Assembly: GCF_018977255.1 (NCBI RefSeq)
Contig: NW_024704743.1
Span: 54,190,001-54,254,000 of the forward strand
DNA length: 64,000 nt
Reading direction: 5' to 3'
Origin: Callorhinchus milii
Lineage: Eukaryota
Below the pieces are notes generated by a model. That model had not been told where the DNA came from. It made no database searches and saw only the letters and a list, made by a program, of their open reading frames with translations. Shown piece after piece: positions 1 through 12,830 of the stretch (its first letter is position 1; each line of letters starts with the position of its first letter). Made by a program: the position numbers and the translations under genes.

Positions 1-130
1 CAGCTAGGACTACTCTACTGTTTGGGATTTGGCTTTCAGTGTTAAAGGGGGCTAAGTGAGAAGATTCTCTGCCCCAAGTGTCTGGTCTACCTTTTCAAGT
101 CCTGCCGAAGATCCAGCCTGTCATCAACAA
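1..130 (-). repeat. Unclassified interspersed repeat 'family U', fragment cut by the window edge
   Basis: Reverse complement matches the middle of the copies at 32326-32898 and 60465-60963 (ggcaggacttgaaaagg...ttggggcag). Confidence 0.7.
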
Positions 131-665
131 CACCAACTTGCATTTATATAGTGCCCTTCACGCAGGGTAGTATTCCAGAGCGCTTGACAGTGGTGGAGCA
201 CAATGCTGAGCCAGGGTGAGGGGAAGCCGACTGTAGGCACGGTTGAAGAGGAAGTTCTTCAGGTGCGACCTGAAAATGGGGAAGGAAGGGGCAAGGAACA
301 AGACAGGAAGGAAGATTGTTCCAGAGTTTCGTGGTGTAGTGGCTGAAAGCGCAGCCACTGATGGTGGAACAGAGGGGACAAGGGACATGGAGAAGGCCGG
401 AGCCAGTCGAGTGGAGGAAGCGGGTAGTGGGTTGGCTGGTAAGCAGGTCAGAGAGGTATAAAGGTGCCAGAGCATAAAGGGATTTGAAAATGAGTGTTAT
501 GATCTTTAAATTAATTTGTTCAGCGATAGGGAGCCAGTGGAGCCTGGCTAGAACTGGTGTGATGGGGTTATGGAGTTTAGTGCACGTGTGTATGTGGGGG
601 GGCAGAGTTTTGGGTTAACTGGATCTTGTGCATGGTAGAGCTGGGGAGACTGGTGAAAAGGGCAT
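125..665 (-). mobile_element. L2 LINE 3' fragment
   Basis: Tail caacaccaacttgcatttatatagtgccc. The minus strand gives L2 C-terminal motifs (ARLHWLP, FRSHLKNFLFNRAY). Confidence 0.9.
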
Positions 666-666
666 A

Positions 667-770
667 TTAACTCATGCCAATATGCACTGAATATCTTCTG
701 GAATTAAGTAATTAGCGTACCTAACTAATTAAGGTGCCCACTCCAGAGCAAGAGTGCACACTCCATTTTA
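667..770 (+). repeat. Family U fragment
   Basis: tgccaatatgcactgaatat...ctccagagcaagagtgcacactccattt resembles the 3' part of family U. Confidence 0.55.
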
Positions 771-892
771 GACATAAAGATATTGTATCAAACACCCGGC
801 AACTGAGAAAAGATATAGACGAAGGAGTAAACCACAAGGGTCATGTATATTGTTGAATATTGTGAGATGAAGGTAGGTGAGATTCTCCATGA

Positions 893-1375
893 AACAATAA
901 CAACAAAAAACTGCATTTATATAGCGCCCTTCGCACTGGGAGGACATCTCAAGGTGTTGGTCAGTCAAGGATTTGCACCCAAACTGGGAGGGAAGATGAC
1001 CGAAGGCACAATCAAAGAGGAATGTCTTCAGATGGGCCTTGAAGGAGGCAAGGGAGAGACAAGGAAGAGGTGAAGGGTCTCCTGGATGGAGTTCCAGGTG
1101 GGTAGGGCAGAATGGCTGAAGGCTCAACCACCAATGGTGGGGCAGGGGATAGGGAACAGGCCAGTGCCCACCGAGTGGATGGAGTAGGCAGGTTGGTAAC
1201 GGGTTAGGTCGCAGAGGTAGAGAGGAACAAGACCATGAGGGCTTTAAAAGTGAGGACGAGGATCTTAAAGTTGATCCTCTGGGGGATGTGAAGCCACTGG
1301 AGCCGGCGAGGATGGATGTGATTGGCTCACGGAGCTCAGTACGGAGAGGACAGGAGCTGCAGAGTTCTGAATATT
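893..1375 (-). mobile_element. L2 LINE 3' fragment
   Basis: Tail caacaaaaaactgcatttatatagcgccc; peptide SLASFKAHLKTFLFDCAF. Confidence 0.9.
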
Positions 1376-2789
1376 CTGCCTGCTCCCTTCACTCAGCTAA
1401 CACCGGGCCACTGCATATCCCCCAACCCAACCCCTCCACATCACCATTGGTGGCCATGTAATGTGAGGATGGTAGAGTGTGTACTCAGAAAAGAGGAGAA
1501 CAAATTGTCTGAAGGCCTTTTTCATCCAAATCAATCTTGTCATCAGGGTAATTGTTGGCTGTAAAGTTAGTTTTGGACTAACAGGCTTTGCTTGAAACAA
1601 TGACAGCCTTGTAATTTGTCAAAGTATGATATTTTGTGGCAGATCCTGTGATTTTTTTTATAAACCACAATGAGAAGCATGATTTTTCCCATAAGTAGAA
1701 TGATTCCAGCCCTATGGTATCTAACAAGTACTCTTCAACAGCACTATCAAAGAGCAATTGTTGTACCACTATGTTATTATTATTAATTGACATTCCAGTC
1801 ACTATGGACTGAATTGCAGCCAATAGATTGCCCCACACTCCATGAATCTCCACGATGGAGCATTCATTATTATCTAGTCTCATAGCTGTGAAATTCTTAA
1901 AATGACCAAGAGAATTGTTCATATTCTGTTGATGCTCCTCACTCTTGCATTGAAGGTATGCCATTGACTGACATAGGAGCCTCAGGTCTGGAATTAATGT
2001 AACCTAAAACTATTCTCTCTAATTTGCTTTCTGATACTGGTGGTGCTACAGGGGTTGTGCTGTTGTATGTATGGATGTGGTGCTGATACATTAACATTTA
2101 GTCTCTGTGCTGGTGCTAGATAAGGATTCTTCATAATATTAATGTTATGCTAATGGTTTATAAAATGTGAGCAGTATTCTTCATAGATGCACATAATTTG
2201 GGAATCCATTTACTGGACTGATTCTGGAGTCCTCTTCTGATTCCTCTTCTTCATTCTGCTTCAATATATTTTTTGGTATTTTTTATATTTATTTACACAT
2301 CATTAAACTTATCTTTTTACAAATATCATATCAGGTCCTTTTTGCTGCTGGACATTATGTTCCATTGAACATAATAAACATCTGTTGGGTGAACTCTTCT
2401 TGCCTGAAGAGTTGATGGATTCCTTCCTCTGCACTTTGAAATATTGCTGTCTTCCTGGCTATTGCCCTCTCTGTCATTACATGTGCCTCCTCGTACTGTA
2501 AGCATCGACTGTCTTGTTTTTCTTTCTTGTCAGCATTAGTATGCAGTGGCCAAAAGCCTCATTTCTGGTTCGCTCAAGTACTTTCTGAGTACCGCTGATT
2601 GGATAGCTTAACTTTCTGAGAATTGGTTGTCAGTAGCTCAGTGATAACGAAACCCAGTTAACTGGCTAAGTACTTGAAAATACAGCCTTGTGGTTTTGCT
2701 TCCTGCATAAAATTGCACTGATACACATCTGGTGTTGTTACTGGCCAAAACATATATATTTTCTTTAGCTTAAGACCATTGTCTTAAAT

Positions 2790-3010
2790 CAGTAACAACA
2801 AATTGCATTTATATAGTGTCTTTCAAGTCAGGAGGATGTTCCAAGCGTTTGCACCGAGCTGAGGGTTGGGTTTAGAAGGGGTGAATAGTTAAGGGAGATG
2901 GAGGTAGGAGGCTGATCGAAGGCATGGTCAAAGAGGAGAGGACATGAGTTGCAGAGTTCTGAATGGTCTGCAGCTTGTGGAGGGAGCAGTTGGAAGAGTT
3001 GGGGAAGTGT
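2790..3010 (-). mobile_element. L2 LINE 3' fragment, internally deleted
   Basis: L2 tail followed by gcagagttctgaatggtctgcagcttgtgg (QNSAA region). Confidence 0.8.
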
Positions 3011-3864
3011 GCTTTTACCTCTGTGTGAAGATTAAGGTGGTCTCAGTTCCAAAACTATGATCTATTCCCAAATTGCACAATGCTCAAGCCAAATTTATGT
3101 TCACATTTTTTAGTTGAATTGCCGTGAATAATGCACTATAAACACGTAATGTAATTTACTTACTGTCATGCATCTACTGACCCGAGAGGGGTGTTCATTC
3201 ATGTCAGAAGACAGAAAGGCCAGTACATTGTGGTATCAAGAATCACATTGGTTTCTGCGGCACTGAGCCAACTCCAGCTGTTTTACTGATGCTGGCATTG
3301 GGGCTTCTTCAGCATTAAGCCACATATTTAGGCGGGCCTTGCTGGAGGCAACTTAGATTCTAAGTCTGGCTCGATTTAGGTCTGGTTATTGCTATGAATT
3401 AGGCAGCATGTTTATAGTACAGCAACAGCATTAAAGGTTTATTGCTGTGAACTGGAGAATTAGCTGGAGCAGAATTTGTTGACCAAGCTTACAAGTCGAA
3501 GCTTCCTACAGAAAATGCTTTAGGACTATAGTGAAGAACTATTAAGGGGAACAGCAATGTCTCTATCTGAAATGAACTGAATAAATGTAATGAATTAAAT
3601 GAGGATGGTCAACCAGCTGCATGCAGTACAGAATAGCAACAATAATCGTATTCCAATCCTGTCTGTATAATTCTCAGACAAATGCTAGTCTCTAGGAAAT
3701 CTACTCTTTCTTTGCATTATGTCAAATACAGTTATTTGTTATAATAATAATATTATTATTATTATTTGTTATGTGTTGGAGCATTGGTGTTATTACAGTG
3801 GAACTCTGATAACTCACCTCTGGGATAAGTCATCAACCTGGCTATTTCCCATAAGCAGTGGATT

Positions 3865-4268
3865 GTTAGCTTAGACTATATGAGCTCCAAGACCTGATGT
3901 GGGACTTATAATCCTTGGATTTGATATTGCGCTTTTCACGTCTTTAAGACGTCTCAAAGCGCTTCACAGAAAATACTGTAAAGTGAATTGACTGTGTAGT
4001 TGTGGGCGAAACTCAGCAGCCAATTGCACACAGCAGTGTCCCACAAACAGTTGTGGATTGTTGTGACCAATTTATTATTGTTTATTTTTCTTGAGGGATT
4101 ATTATCAGGTATGTGGAGTAAGGAAACTTGTGCAAGGTTTTGCCCTGCCGGGAATCGAACCCAGGTCTATCGCTTGAGAGGCGAGTGCTCTAGCTACTGA
4201 GCTACAGGACTTGAACCCACAACTTTCTGACTCGGAAGTGAGACTGCTACCAACTGAGCCAGTTGACT
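3865..4268 (-). mobile_element. Older Deu-domain SINE (family B) 5' part, interrupted by a family A SINE
   Basis: The halves gcttagactatatgag...gtgggactt and ttgaacccacaactttctgactc...ccaactgagccagttgac rejoin across the insert. Confidence 0.8.
3908..4211 (-). mobile_element. Young tRNA-derived SINE (family A, short form)
   Basis: Head, body and tail all match 63636-63963. Confidence 0.92.
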
Positions 4269-4382
4269 TGTAATGTTATGTTATACGATACAAAGATTGC
4301 AACATTATTCTTTTTTGAAAAACAATCTTGGAAATTTTGACTCTTGTTTGTGTCTGGTATTATTGATGTGTCTTTGGAAATA

Positions 4383-4640
4383 TTAAGCACAGGTTAGCAA
4401 AAGCCAGAGTTAGGACACTAGAATATATGTTGGGGGTACTGCTAGAGTTTAACCAGTTAAAACCACATAGCTTGCCATTGCAGGCACTGTTTGGCAACTT
4501 CCCCTTTGCATGTCTAGCTCGGTTCACACCCTTTTAGAGTTGGTGCTATCCAGGAGGAGGAATCCTTGCTCTAGTGACTGATCTTCCTCTCCTGGTCCTG
4601 CCAAGGAGCTAGGCTGGCTGGTCTGCCATCAGGAGTGTCC
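4383..4640 (-). repeat. Family U fragment
   Basis: gcacaggttagcaaaagcc...ggggtactgctagagtttaaccag is the reverse complement of the family U core. Confidence 0.7.
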
Positions 4641-6054
4641 TGGCCTACTGCCTGGTAAATGCTTATCTACTTTTCATGCTGAGGAGACTTTCATCTAATT
4701 CAGGCGTAGATTTGAACTGAATGTCCACAGATATTGTGGAGTTATTTTCCTTTTGTTGGTACAGCCAAGTATATGAACCTGGTTCTTTAATCTCATAGCA
4801 CATCAGTTTGTATTCTTATTATTAACTAGATATTTATCCGGTTCTTGCTACAATGAAAACTACTGACTAAATTCCTGGGGTCTACAAAGCATGGATGTGA
4901 ACCATTTTAAATAGAGATTACAGGAATATCTTCCAGAATAAAATGAGTTGCATTGAATAATCCCTCAATTGATGTTCTCACTATGAGCACTTCTACAAAG
5001 TAGAAATGGAAAGGAATTTCCACATAAATAAGCTGATGTGCTGTGTAATAGCCATTATGCAATGGATGAATGTCTTAAATATAGACTACTCAAGAGTTTC
5101 GTCAAATGTTACTGCAGCTTCTAACAAGCCTCCAGCCTAATGGGGAAAGTATACACTTATAGATACCAATTTAAACACAGACCACAATGACCACATGTGT
5201 GACCCAGTGTAACTTCTCCCAAACCACGTCAGTCCAAAAAGAAGACCAGCACATAATTGAATGTACTTGCTTATATGTAAGAGTATGAACAAACAGCTAC
5301 AGAAAGTGGATTAATTTTGGAGCAAGCAAGTTTAACTGCAATGTATTATTTGGTGCATGCTTAATACCTGCTTGGGACCAGGAGCGGGCTACATTCTAAG
5401 GTCTTATCGAAGCAATAAGCGAAACAGATATTCAATTCTGCTCCTTCAGCAAGATCGAAGACAAAAGGTAGGGGTTAAAATGAAATATAACACCAGAATG
5501 TAATTAAAAATCCTGTAGCCCCACCTAGCATGCATGACCTAATGCCTCTTACATGTAATTGCTCTTGGCCTGGGTTAATACAGTTAAGCTCTGATAAAAT
5601 TATAACCAATTTGGCAAAGAAAGTAACTGATTATAAAACTGCACTTGTGACCAGATAAGCCTATTAGTTGCAATCCAGTTGCAAACACTACTAAAATATG
5701 ATTTTTCAAAGACTTATAATGCAAACAATGATGCCTGTTTTCAGTTGTACTTTTACATCCTTAACTTAGCTCTCCTCCATACATCACCTCACCAGCCTGG
5801 CTGTAATTTAGAACCATGTTTAAAGTCGTACTCGGTGCAGTAGTTAGCCTGCAGTAGTTATTGAGATGTTTGTTGTCTATGGAACAAGATCAACCTGCTT
5901 TAGTGAGGAGGGGAGGATTATTTATTTCATAGGCAATTGTGGGTCCAAGATGTGGATTTTGCTTTGCAATTAGTGAACCTGCAGTACCATTTGTGTATGT
6001 GGAAGGTAATTGGATAGAAGTCATTTTCGTACCGCCTTACTAATACACAGTGTG

Positions 6055-6265
6055 GTCCTAGTGTGGTCTTAGCTGAACAAGCTGTGGGAAGCTTGTCAGA
6101 CAGCACACTCAATGGGAGGCCATGCAATTTAGCTGGTTAAATTCCAGCAGTACCACAATGCATACCCTGGGATCCCCAAGACTTGTTCCTTGCCTAATAC
6201 TTTCTGAAATTAGATAAGCAGGATGCGTCCCTCCAGGGAGAGAGTGCACCATATCCTTTTCTTCA
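6055..6265 (+). repeat. Family U fragment
   Basis: gggaagcttgtcagacagc...taagcaggatgcgtccctccagggagagagtgcac. Confidence 0.8.
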
Positions 6266-6689
6266 ATTTCAAGATTGCCTGAAAAAACTGAGCAGAGAGT
6301 CTCACTGTTTCCAGTCACATGAGCTGCTGCTGGCAGAGGCTCAGGAGCAGGCAGTTGTTTGTTTGGCAATGCAGCACTTCGATTATCAGCTTCAGTAATT
6401 CATTTGGAGGCAAGACCTTTTACTCATGGACATTTGATTCATCACACGGGTAGGTGCTGAGCAGGTTAGGTTGGCATCTTTTATAGACTGATCTTGTATG
6501 TTCTCAAGAGTAGAACAAAGTGGTTTATTTGTTCTTTGTTGTCTTGTGAAGTGCAAATTTACCTGATTGCTGTACAAGGTACTAAGGTAATCTAATCTGC
6601 ATGACGGTGAACTATTCTAGTATGCTGTTTCTGTTGTAGCTGGGAAATGTGGGGAAAGACAAGGGTTGCCTGTTTTTTATGGCGCACAG

Positions 6690-7078
6690 ATGTCAGCCTA
6701 ACTCATTTGGTAGCACTTTCATCTCTAGGTCAGAAGGTTGTGAGTTCAAGCCCCAAGTTTTCAATTTTAGCTGATAGTCTCTCATTCTTCAGTGCAGTGC
6801 TGAGAGAATCCTGCATTGCTAAATGTCCTGATCTTCAGATGCATCCTATACCTGTTCAGGTGGTGTTAAAAGAACCCATGGCACTATTCGAAAAGAGAAG
6901 AAAGTTTCTGAAGATGTTCTGGTCAACCTTCTTCCAGATAAAATCGGTTTCTCAAGGAAGTTTGTAGGACACTGCTGTGTGCAAATTGGCTGCCACATGC
7001 ATCTACAAATACACAGTCACTACATTTTAAAACTTTGTGAAGTGCTTTGAGGCACTATATCAAATGCAAGGATTATTA
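6690..7078 (+). mobile_element. Deu-domain SINE (family B, SacSINE1/AmnSINE1-like), near full length
   Basis: Head tgtcagcc...ttggtagcact...ggttgtgagttcaagcccc; Deu-type block ...tgctgtgtgcaaattggctgcc; tail atcaaatgcaaggattatta. Confidence 0.85.
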
Positions 7079-7214
7079 CACAAGAAGATACATGCCTTTT
7101 GTGATGCAATGAAACACAGTTTTACACTACAGTATATTCTTTGAAGCACTTTGGGATGACCTCCCAATGTGAAAGGTGCAATACCAAATGTAAGACTTAT
7201 TATTATTATATTAT

Positions 7215-7550
7215 TATACAAGGATTTGATAAGGTGGATGTTAATAGGACGCTTCCATCAGTTGGTGAGTCCAAAATAAGGAGGCATGAATATAAGATAA
7301 CCAGTAACGGATTTGAAAGGGCGTTTAGCAGAAACTTTTTTACACAGATGGTGCTGACAATATGGAAGTCACTGCCGGAAGTTGGTGGTTAAAGCAAAAT
7401 ACATCAGTGTATTTAAGAGGAAACTTGATGCACGTATGAGGGAGAAGAAAATAAAGTGGTATCGGAGAGGGCATTAGGAGTGGTAGAGATCACCTGTAAT
7501 ATAAACTCCAGCATAGACTAGTTGGGCTGATTGCCTGTTTCCATGCTGTT
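7215..7550 (+). mobile_element. CR1-clade LINE 3' end
   Basis: GFDKVD...ESKIRRHEYKI...RNFFTQMVLTIWKSLPE is the CR1 ORF2 C-terminal signature; the CR1-type 3' UTR follows. Confidence 0.88.
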
Positions 7551-8359
7551 CAAGTGCTCTGGGATGCTACCCTGCGTGAGGGACGCCTTATACATGCAAG
7601 TTGAACTTGTAACATCCTATGTAATTCTCTGTACAGTGCTATCAATGCACACCTCAGATAAAGTAGGATACAGCAAGTGTGACATTGAGAATAGTGCTGC
7701 TCAAATCAATGAAGATTTTGTAAGTACTATATCCCTGGAGAAAGAGTACCTGCTTATACCTCAGTCATTGACAGACTCTGCAATTCTCCGGTGAACATGA
7801 ATCACTGCTCCCAAAACAAATTTCAGGTATACTGGACTGCTCTATAATGACTTATCATAGTATTATCACTACTAATAGTAATATAGGTGTAGTCTATAAT
7901 GCTAAACCATCTCAAAGTGCTTTGCAAGTAATTACTGGCACGTGTAGTGATTGGTTTTTTTCTAGCCAAACATGGCAGCCAATTTGCGCACAACAATATC
8001 CCACCAAAACAGTGAATGACCAATTATTCTGAAGAACTGGGAGATTTTGAGTAGTGTCAGAGAATTTTTCACAACCACCTGAACAGACAAGTGGGACTTT
8101 AGTTATTATTGAGGTTTCTGAGAGATTTCAGGTTCATTCTGCTTATTAATTATTATGAATGAAATATTTTATACTGGGATCTGGCTGTTGGATGTCATAA
8201 GATTGAATGAGCTATAAATACGATAAATTTAAATTGTTGTGAACTGATCCTGTGCACTTGTAACAGAATTAAATTGACTGCAAAAAATGTTTGATTTACA
8301 ATTTGCCCTCTAGCAAATTTATCTTGCTTGTTAGATGTATAAAGCAGGATAAGTGTTCT

Positions 8360-8733
8360 GCTTTCCTACTCCACTCCCTCCTCCTCTACCTCACTTTGTC
8401 CACAAGAGTGCCACATTCATGCTCCCTCCGCTCAACTGGCTCGGGCCTGCTCCATGTCCCCCAACCCACCCACCCCACAATTGGTGGGAGAGCCTTTAGC
8501 CACTCTGCCCCCAACCTCTGGAATTCCATCCCTCAATCACTCCGCCTCGCCCCCTCCTTAGCCTCCTTCAAGTCCCACCTCAAAACCCTCCTCTTCGACC
8601 AAGCCATTGGCCACCCCCCTTCTCCTCCCTTCTCCCCCCCTGACCCCCAGCTCAGGTCTGAATGCTGGACACTGTACCTTAAGACGTCCTCCCGACGTGA
8701 ACGGCGCTATATAAATGTAATCTTGTTGTTGTA
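8360..8733 (+). mobile_element. L2 LINE 3' fragment
   Basis: LRSTGSGLLHVP...IGGRAFSHSAPNLWNSIP...SFKSHLKTLLF; tail ggcgctatataaatgtaatcttgttgttg. Confidence 0.92.
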
Positions 8734-8967
8734 GAATATCTCTCTGTGCTACTCACTGCTGTGGCAATACTCCGAAATCCATCACTAACACTATGTCTGA
8801 CCTGGAGTTAAACGCTCCCCTTACTTTCACCCTTTCAGCTGTGTGATATTGCAAAAGAGCATTGACTTTAACATAAAAACTCAGATGGAATTTTTCCTCC
8901 ATCTCACTAAAAGTTTTAGTTATAAAAAATGATCATTCTTATAGCCCTTTTCACATCGGGAGGATAT

Positions 8968-9142
8968 AATAATCCTTGCGTTTGATATAGCGCCTTATCA
9001 TGTCTTAGAGTGCTTCACCGCATATACTGTAAATGAATCGACTGTATATTTTGTGGGCGAAACGCAGCAGCCAATTGCGCACAGCAAGTCCCACAAACAG
9101 TCATGGATTGAGTGACTACATTTTTTATTTTTTGAAGGGATT
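8968..9142 (-). mobile_element. Family A SINE 3' half
   Basis: ataataatccttgcgtttgatatagcg...cccacaaacagtcatggattgagtgac. Confidence 0.85.
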
Positions 9143-9422
9143 TGGATATCCTACCAATGATACGATCTACCATGTAGATTGATGTTTGCAATTGTTACCT
9201 TGTCAATAGAAGTACATACAATAGTTTGAAGTCTCCCAAAATTGTGTCTTTTTTCGCACTGCGATTCAATATAATTATCCCCTTCCTCTGATGTTCAAGC
9301 AAAAGGGAGATGCAGATTGATAGGCAGCTGTATCCACTTGTGAATGGATGGCTGTCAATGATATCTCAAAATGCTTCACAGGTTATACTATAGGTACAGT
9401 TACAGTGTGTTTGTAGACTAAC

Positions 9423-9870
9423 ATAATAATAATTCTTGCATTTGATATAGCGCCTTATCACATCTTCGAGACATCTCAATGTGCTTCACAGCACTTTAAA
9501 TTGAATTGACTGTATATTTTGTGGGGGAAACATGGCAGCCAATTTGCCCACAGCAGTGTCCCATAAACAGTCATGAAATGAATGACCAATTTTATCTGGG
9601 GAACTGTAGGCCAGGACACCGATAGAATTTCCCTTCTCTTTTCAAATAGTAAGATCTTTCATGTTCAACTGAAAAACATGACAACTGAAAAACTTGGTTT
9701 AACATTTCATCTGAAGGACGGCACCTTCAGCAATGCAGTATTCCCAGCTCTGCACTGGAGTGTCAGCCTAGACAGATAGATTATTTGAGTTCAAAGTCGT
9801 GACATGGAGCTTGAAACCACAACCTTCTGACTCAGGGACGAGAATGTTACCAACTGACCCAGGCTGACAC
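9423..9870 (-). mobile_element. Family B Deu-SINE, full length
   Basis: Tail, Deu block, body and head (ccaactgacccaggctgacac) are all present. Confidence 0.9.
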
Positions 9871-10842
9871 CTAATTGTTCTTTGACTGCTTGGAAGAGAA
9901 GAAGTGTTGAACATAAACAATTTATAACAGTTGTGTCAGAATGTTTTGAGTTCAAGCCCCACGTTGGGACTTTGAACGCACTTAGTAGCAGATGACTGTG
10001 TAGAAGTAAATGAGAAAAGTCTGGGTCATGACTTCCCTGCCTCACCCTCCTCTTGTCCCAACAGGGAGTGCCTGACCTCCAGCTTGCAGTTCGACACAGC
10101 GATGTTCCTCAAATTGGAAGCTCAGCCTTGTTGGAGGAAATATCGTGAACCCATGGTCTGCTGGAGGTAATGATTAAAAATAGCTCTTCCAATGTGGATG
10201 TGCTGTGTGATAAAAGGAGGTGAGGGGTATTCACATGGAATTAATCTTTGTGGTGTTTGGGTTTATTAGTATATGTTGTGACCAGTTCTATTTTAAAATC
10301 TGTACTGTTAGACTTAACTGGGCCCTGTCGAACAACAATTAGGTGCTTTACAGTGAACCTTCCCAGAACAGAAATATATGAAATGCTGCATCTAATTTTT
10401 TAAAATCTACCATTACCAGCACTTCAGTATAGTGAAATTCGGTAAATTGAATAATGAATAATCGAATAGCTTTTTTATTGAATAGAATTTAGAGCTCCAG
10501 GAGACGGGTCTATTCTTTGTTTAAACTGGTTATATGAATAGTTCAGTTTATTGAATAATTTCCGCTGTTAAATTGAATATTCAAACTAAAAAATTAACTG
10601 TAATTACTCCTGCATCCACATTCATCTTTAACTGTAGTGTAAATAAAAACAGTTCACTACATAGACCACATCATTCAGTTCATCCCTGAACACATCTAAA
10701 GTAAAAATGGGTAACATAAATGAAACATCACAGTTGTGTAAATGGCCTCCATAGCCTATCATATACAGTCAACTCCTGATAACTCAAACCTGGTTTAATT
10801 TGTCAGTGTCATCATGCTGTCAATATCCCAGCTGCATTTATT

Positions 10843-10844
<2 letters not shown>

Positions 10845-10873
<29 letters not shown>
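10845..10873. repeat. (TG)n(TA)n microsatellite
   Basis: tgtgtgtatatatatatatatatatatat. Confidence 0.95.
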
Positions 10874-11864
10874 GCCTAATTCCCCACTCCAGATAACTCG
10901 CCACTGAGCCCTTTTCCCTTGGAGTGAAGAGTTATCTGGAATTCTATTGTAACATGTGATGGCTTTGACTTGCGAACCTTACCAGACTCAGGTGCACCCT
11001 GTCCCTGGGGCAATATCATAGGCAGATTGCACTTGGTAAAAGGGGAAATATCTTTCAAATTTTGTAAGGAATTGGGACACAAGGCAAGTTTCTACCTGTG
11101 CTGGTGTACTTATAGCTGACAACACAGTTTCTGTTTTATTTTGGGAAGAAAACTATAAATTATTTGAACTCCTGAACTGACAGGTAGGCTGAAAACTGAC
11201 TCATTTCCTATCAATAACACAATAAGAAAGGAATCCTTTGTGCAGTAATTTCAGACCATCTGTTGATCTGGCACACAGAACAATAAATTTTGCAAATGGC
11301 CATGTGTTCAGATTAAAATGATAAAATAGCTCTGTTCATGCGAGAGTAAAAAGCAGTCAAACATCTTTAAAACAACACCACATGATATGTTTCAGCAATT
11401 GCTTAAAGCAAAATAAGTTCAGGTGAAAATTGCAAAGGACTCATGTGGAATAAGACACTTGATGTTGGTGTCATGACTGCTGTGCCTATATAAGACTTGT
11501 TTTGTTTTAGACAGATGAGGAGATGCTGAGAGAATTTCCAAGCTGCTGCTTCCAACATAGAAAACCTAAACATATTTGGAAACGACTAGAGTATTACTCC
11601 CAAAGCCACTGAGGACTGCTTGTAGCTCTCAAGGTCGTCTATGCTATGGATAGAAATGATAAACTACAGGGGCTCATGTACCAGAAGATGACAATGCAAC
11701 ATTTTATAACTGATTCAATCTGATCACATAAAATGTATTAAGAAATGGCATAATTCCTGTCAATAAGAATCTACTGGTTTGAGGTCTGAACACCCCCTCC
11801 AGCTTTGGCACAATGGTTGGGCCTGAAGAACTCCATACTCCTGATCGCTGAGAAAAGTGATTTG

Positions 11865-12215
11865 AGCATCTAAATATAGAATTCTGGGTTCAAGGCCCAT
11901 GAGGGGCCCTTGAACTCACAGTCTATGCCGGCCCTGAATTGGGACAATGTTACTTTGTCAGATGTGTCGTTTTTCGGAAGAGATATTTAAACTGAGATCC
12001 TGTGCGTTAAGGTGGACATTAAGGAACCCATGACATTATTCGAAAAGAAAAGTGAGTTTCTCCCAGTCTCCTGGCCAACAATTATCAAGAGAAATTGCCC
12101 ATTTGCCTCTAGACTGTTGCAGTACATTGCTGTGCTCAAATAGGCCACCACGTTTCGTCTACAAGCCCATTGTCACTACACGTAACAGAAATTACTGCAC
12201 GGTACTTTCAGATGT
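11865..12215 (+). mobile_element. Family B Deu-SINE, degraded
   Basis: gggttcaaggccc...ggtggacattaaggaacccatgacattattcgaa...cattgctgtgctcaaataggc. Confidence 0.75.
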
Positions 12216-12295
12216 TTTGATAATTCTTTTTATTTATTATTTCCATATTATTTCAATATTATAGTTTCTGTATTATTATTTCATTATTAAGAATC

Positions 12296-12583
12296 TGGAG
12301 TCCTGTAGTTCAGTGGTTAGAGCACTCCCCATCGCAAGCGAAAGACCTGGGTTCGATTCCCAGTAGGGCGAAACCTTGGGCAAGTTTCCTTACTCCACAT
12401 GCCTGATAATGCTCCCTCAAAAAAAATTGGTCACTTCAATCCATGACTGTTTGTGGAACATTGCTATGCGCATTTGGCTGCTGCGTTTCGCCCACAAATA
12501 TACACTTTACAGTATATTCTGTGAAGCTCTTTGAGATGTGAAAAGTGGTATATCAAATGCAAGGATTATTATTATTATTATTA
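12296..12583 (+). mobile_element. Family A SINE (short form)
   Basis: ggagtcctgtagttcagtggttagagc (A box), gggttcgattccc (B box), (ATT)n tail. Confidence 0.92.
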
Positions 12584-12830
12584 AGAACACAAGAACATAA
12601 GAAATGCTAGATGAAAAAAGACCAAGATCCATCTACTTCGCCTTCCATCTTCCTGGCAGTCGCTTGCACATATGTCCCGAACTACCTATGTACTATATTC
12701 CATATTATTTCCTAAAAGAAAACTATCTGATCTGTGTTTGAGAGAACCAACACTTCCTGCTTCAACCATCTTCTGAGGGATTCTGTTCCACAGGTTCACT
12801 ATTCGCATAAGAACATAAGAATTTTGCATA
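12584..12830 (-). mobile_element. CR1-type LINE 3' end
   Basis: (aagaacat)n tail repeat and ttcaacc...ttccacaggttcact, the antisense of RIVNLWN. Confidence 0.75.

Noticed and set aside
10425..10600. Tigger/pogo-like terminus (tatagtgaaattcggtaaattgaata, repeated tgaata/cgaata)
   Set aside because: No matching opposite TIR was found and the sequence is AT-rich; too weak to call.
11500..11700. Good splice acceptor (ttttgttttag) suggesting a coding exon
   Set aside because: All three frames stop within ~35 codons, there is no convincing donor and the peptide is unrecognisable; a non-coding exon cannot be excluded.
12296..12370. tRNA genes at the SINE heads (also 63636, 36130 and others)
   Set aside because: The acceptor stems do not close, there is no terminator after the tRNA part, and each continues into a SINE body and tail.
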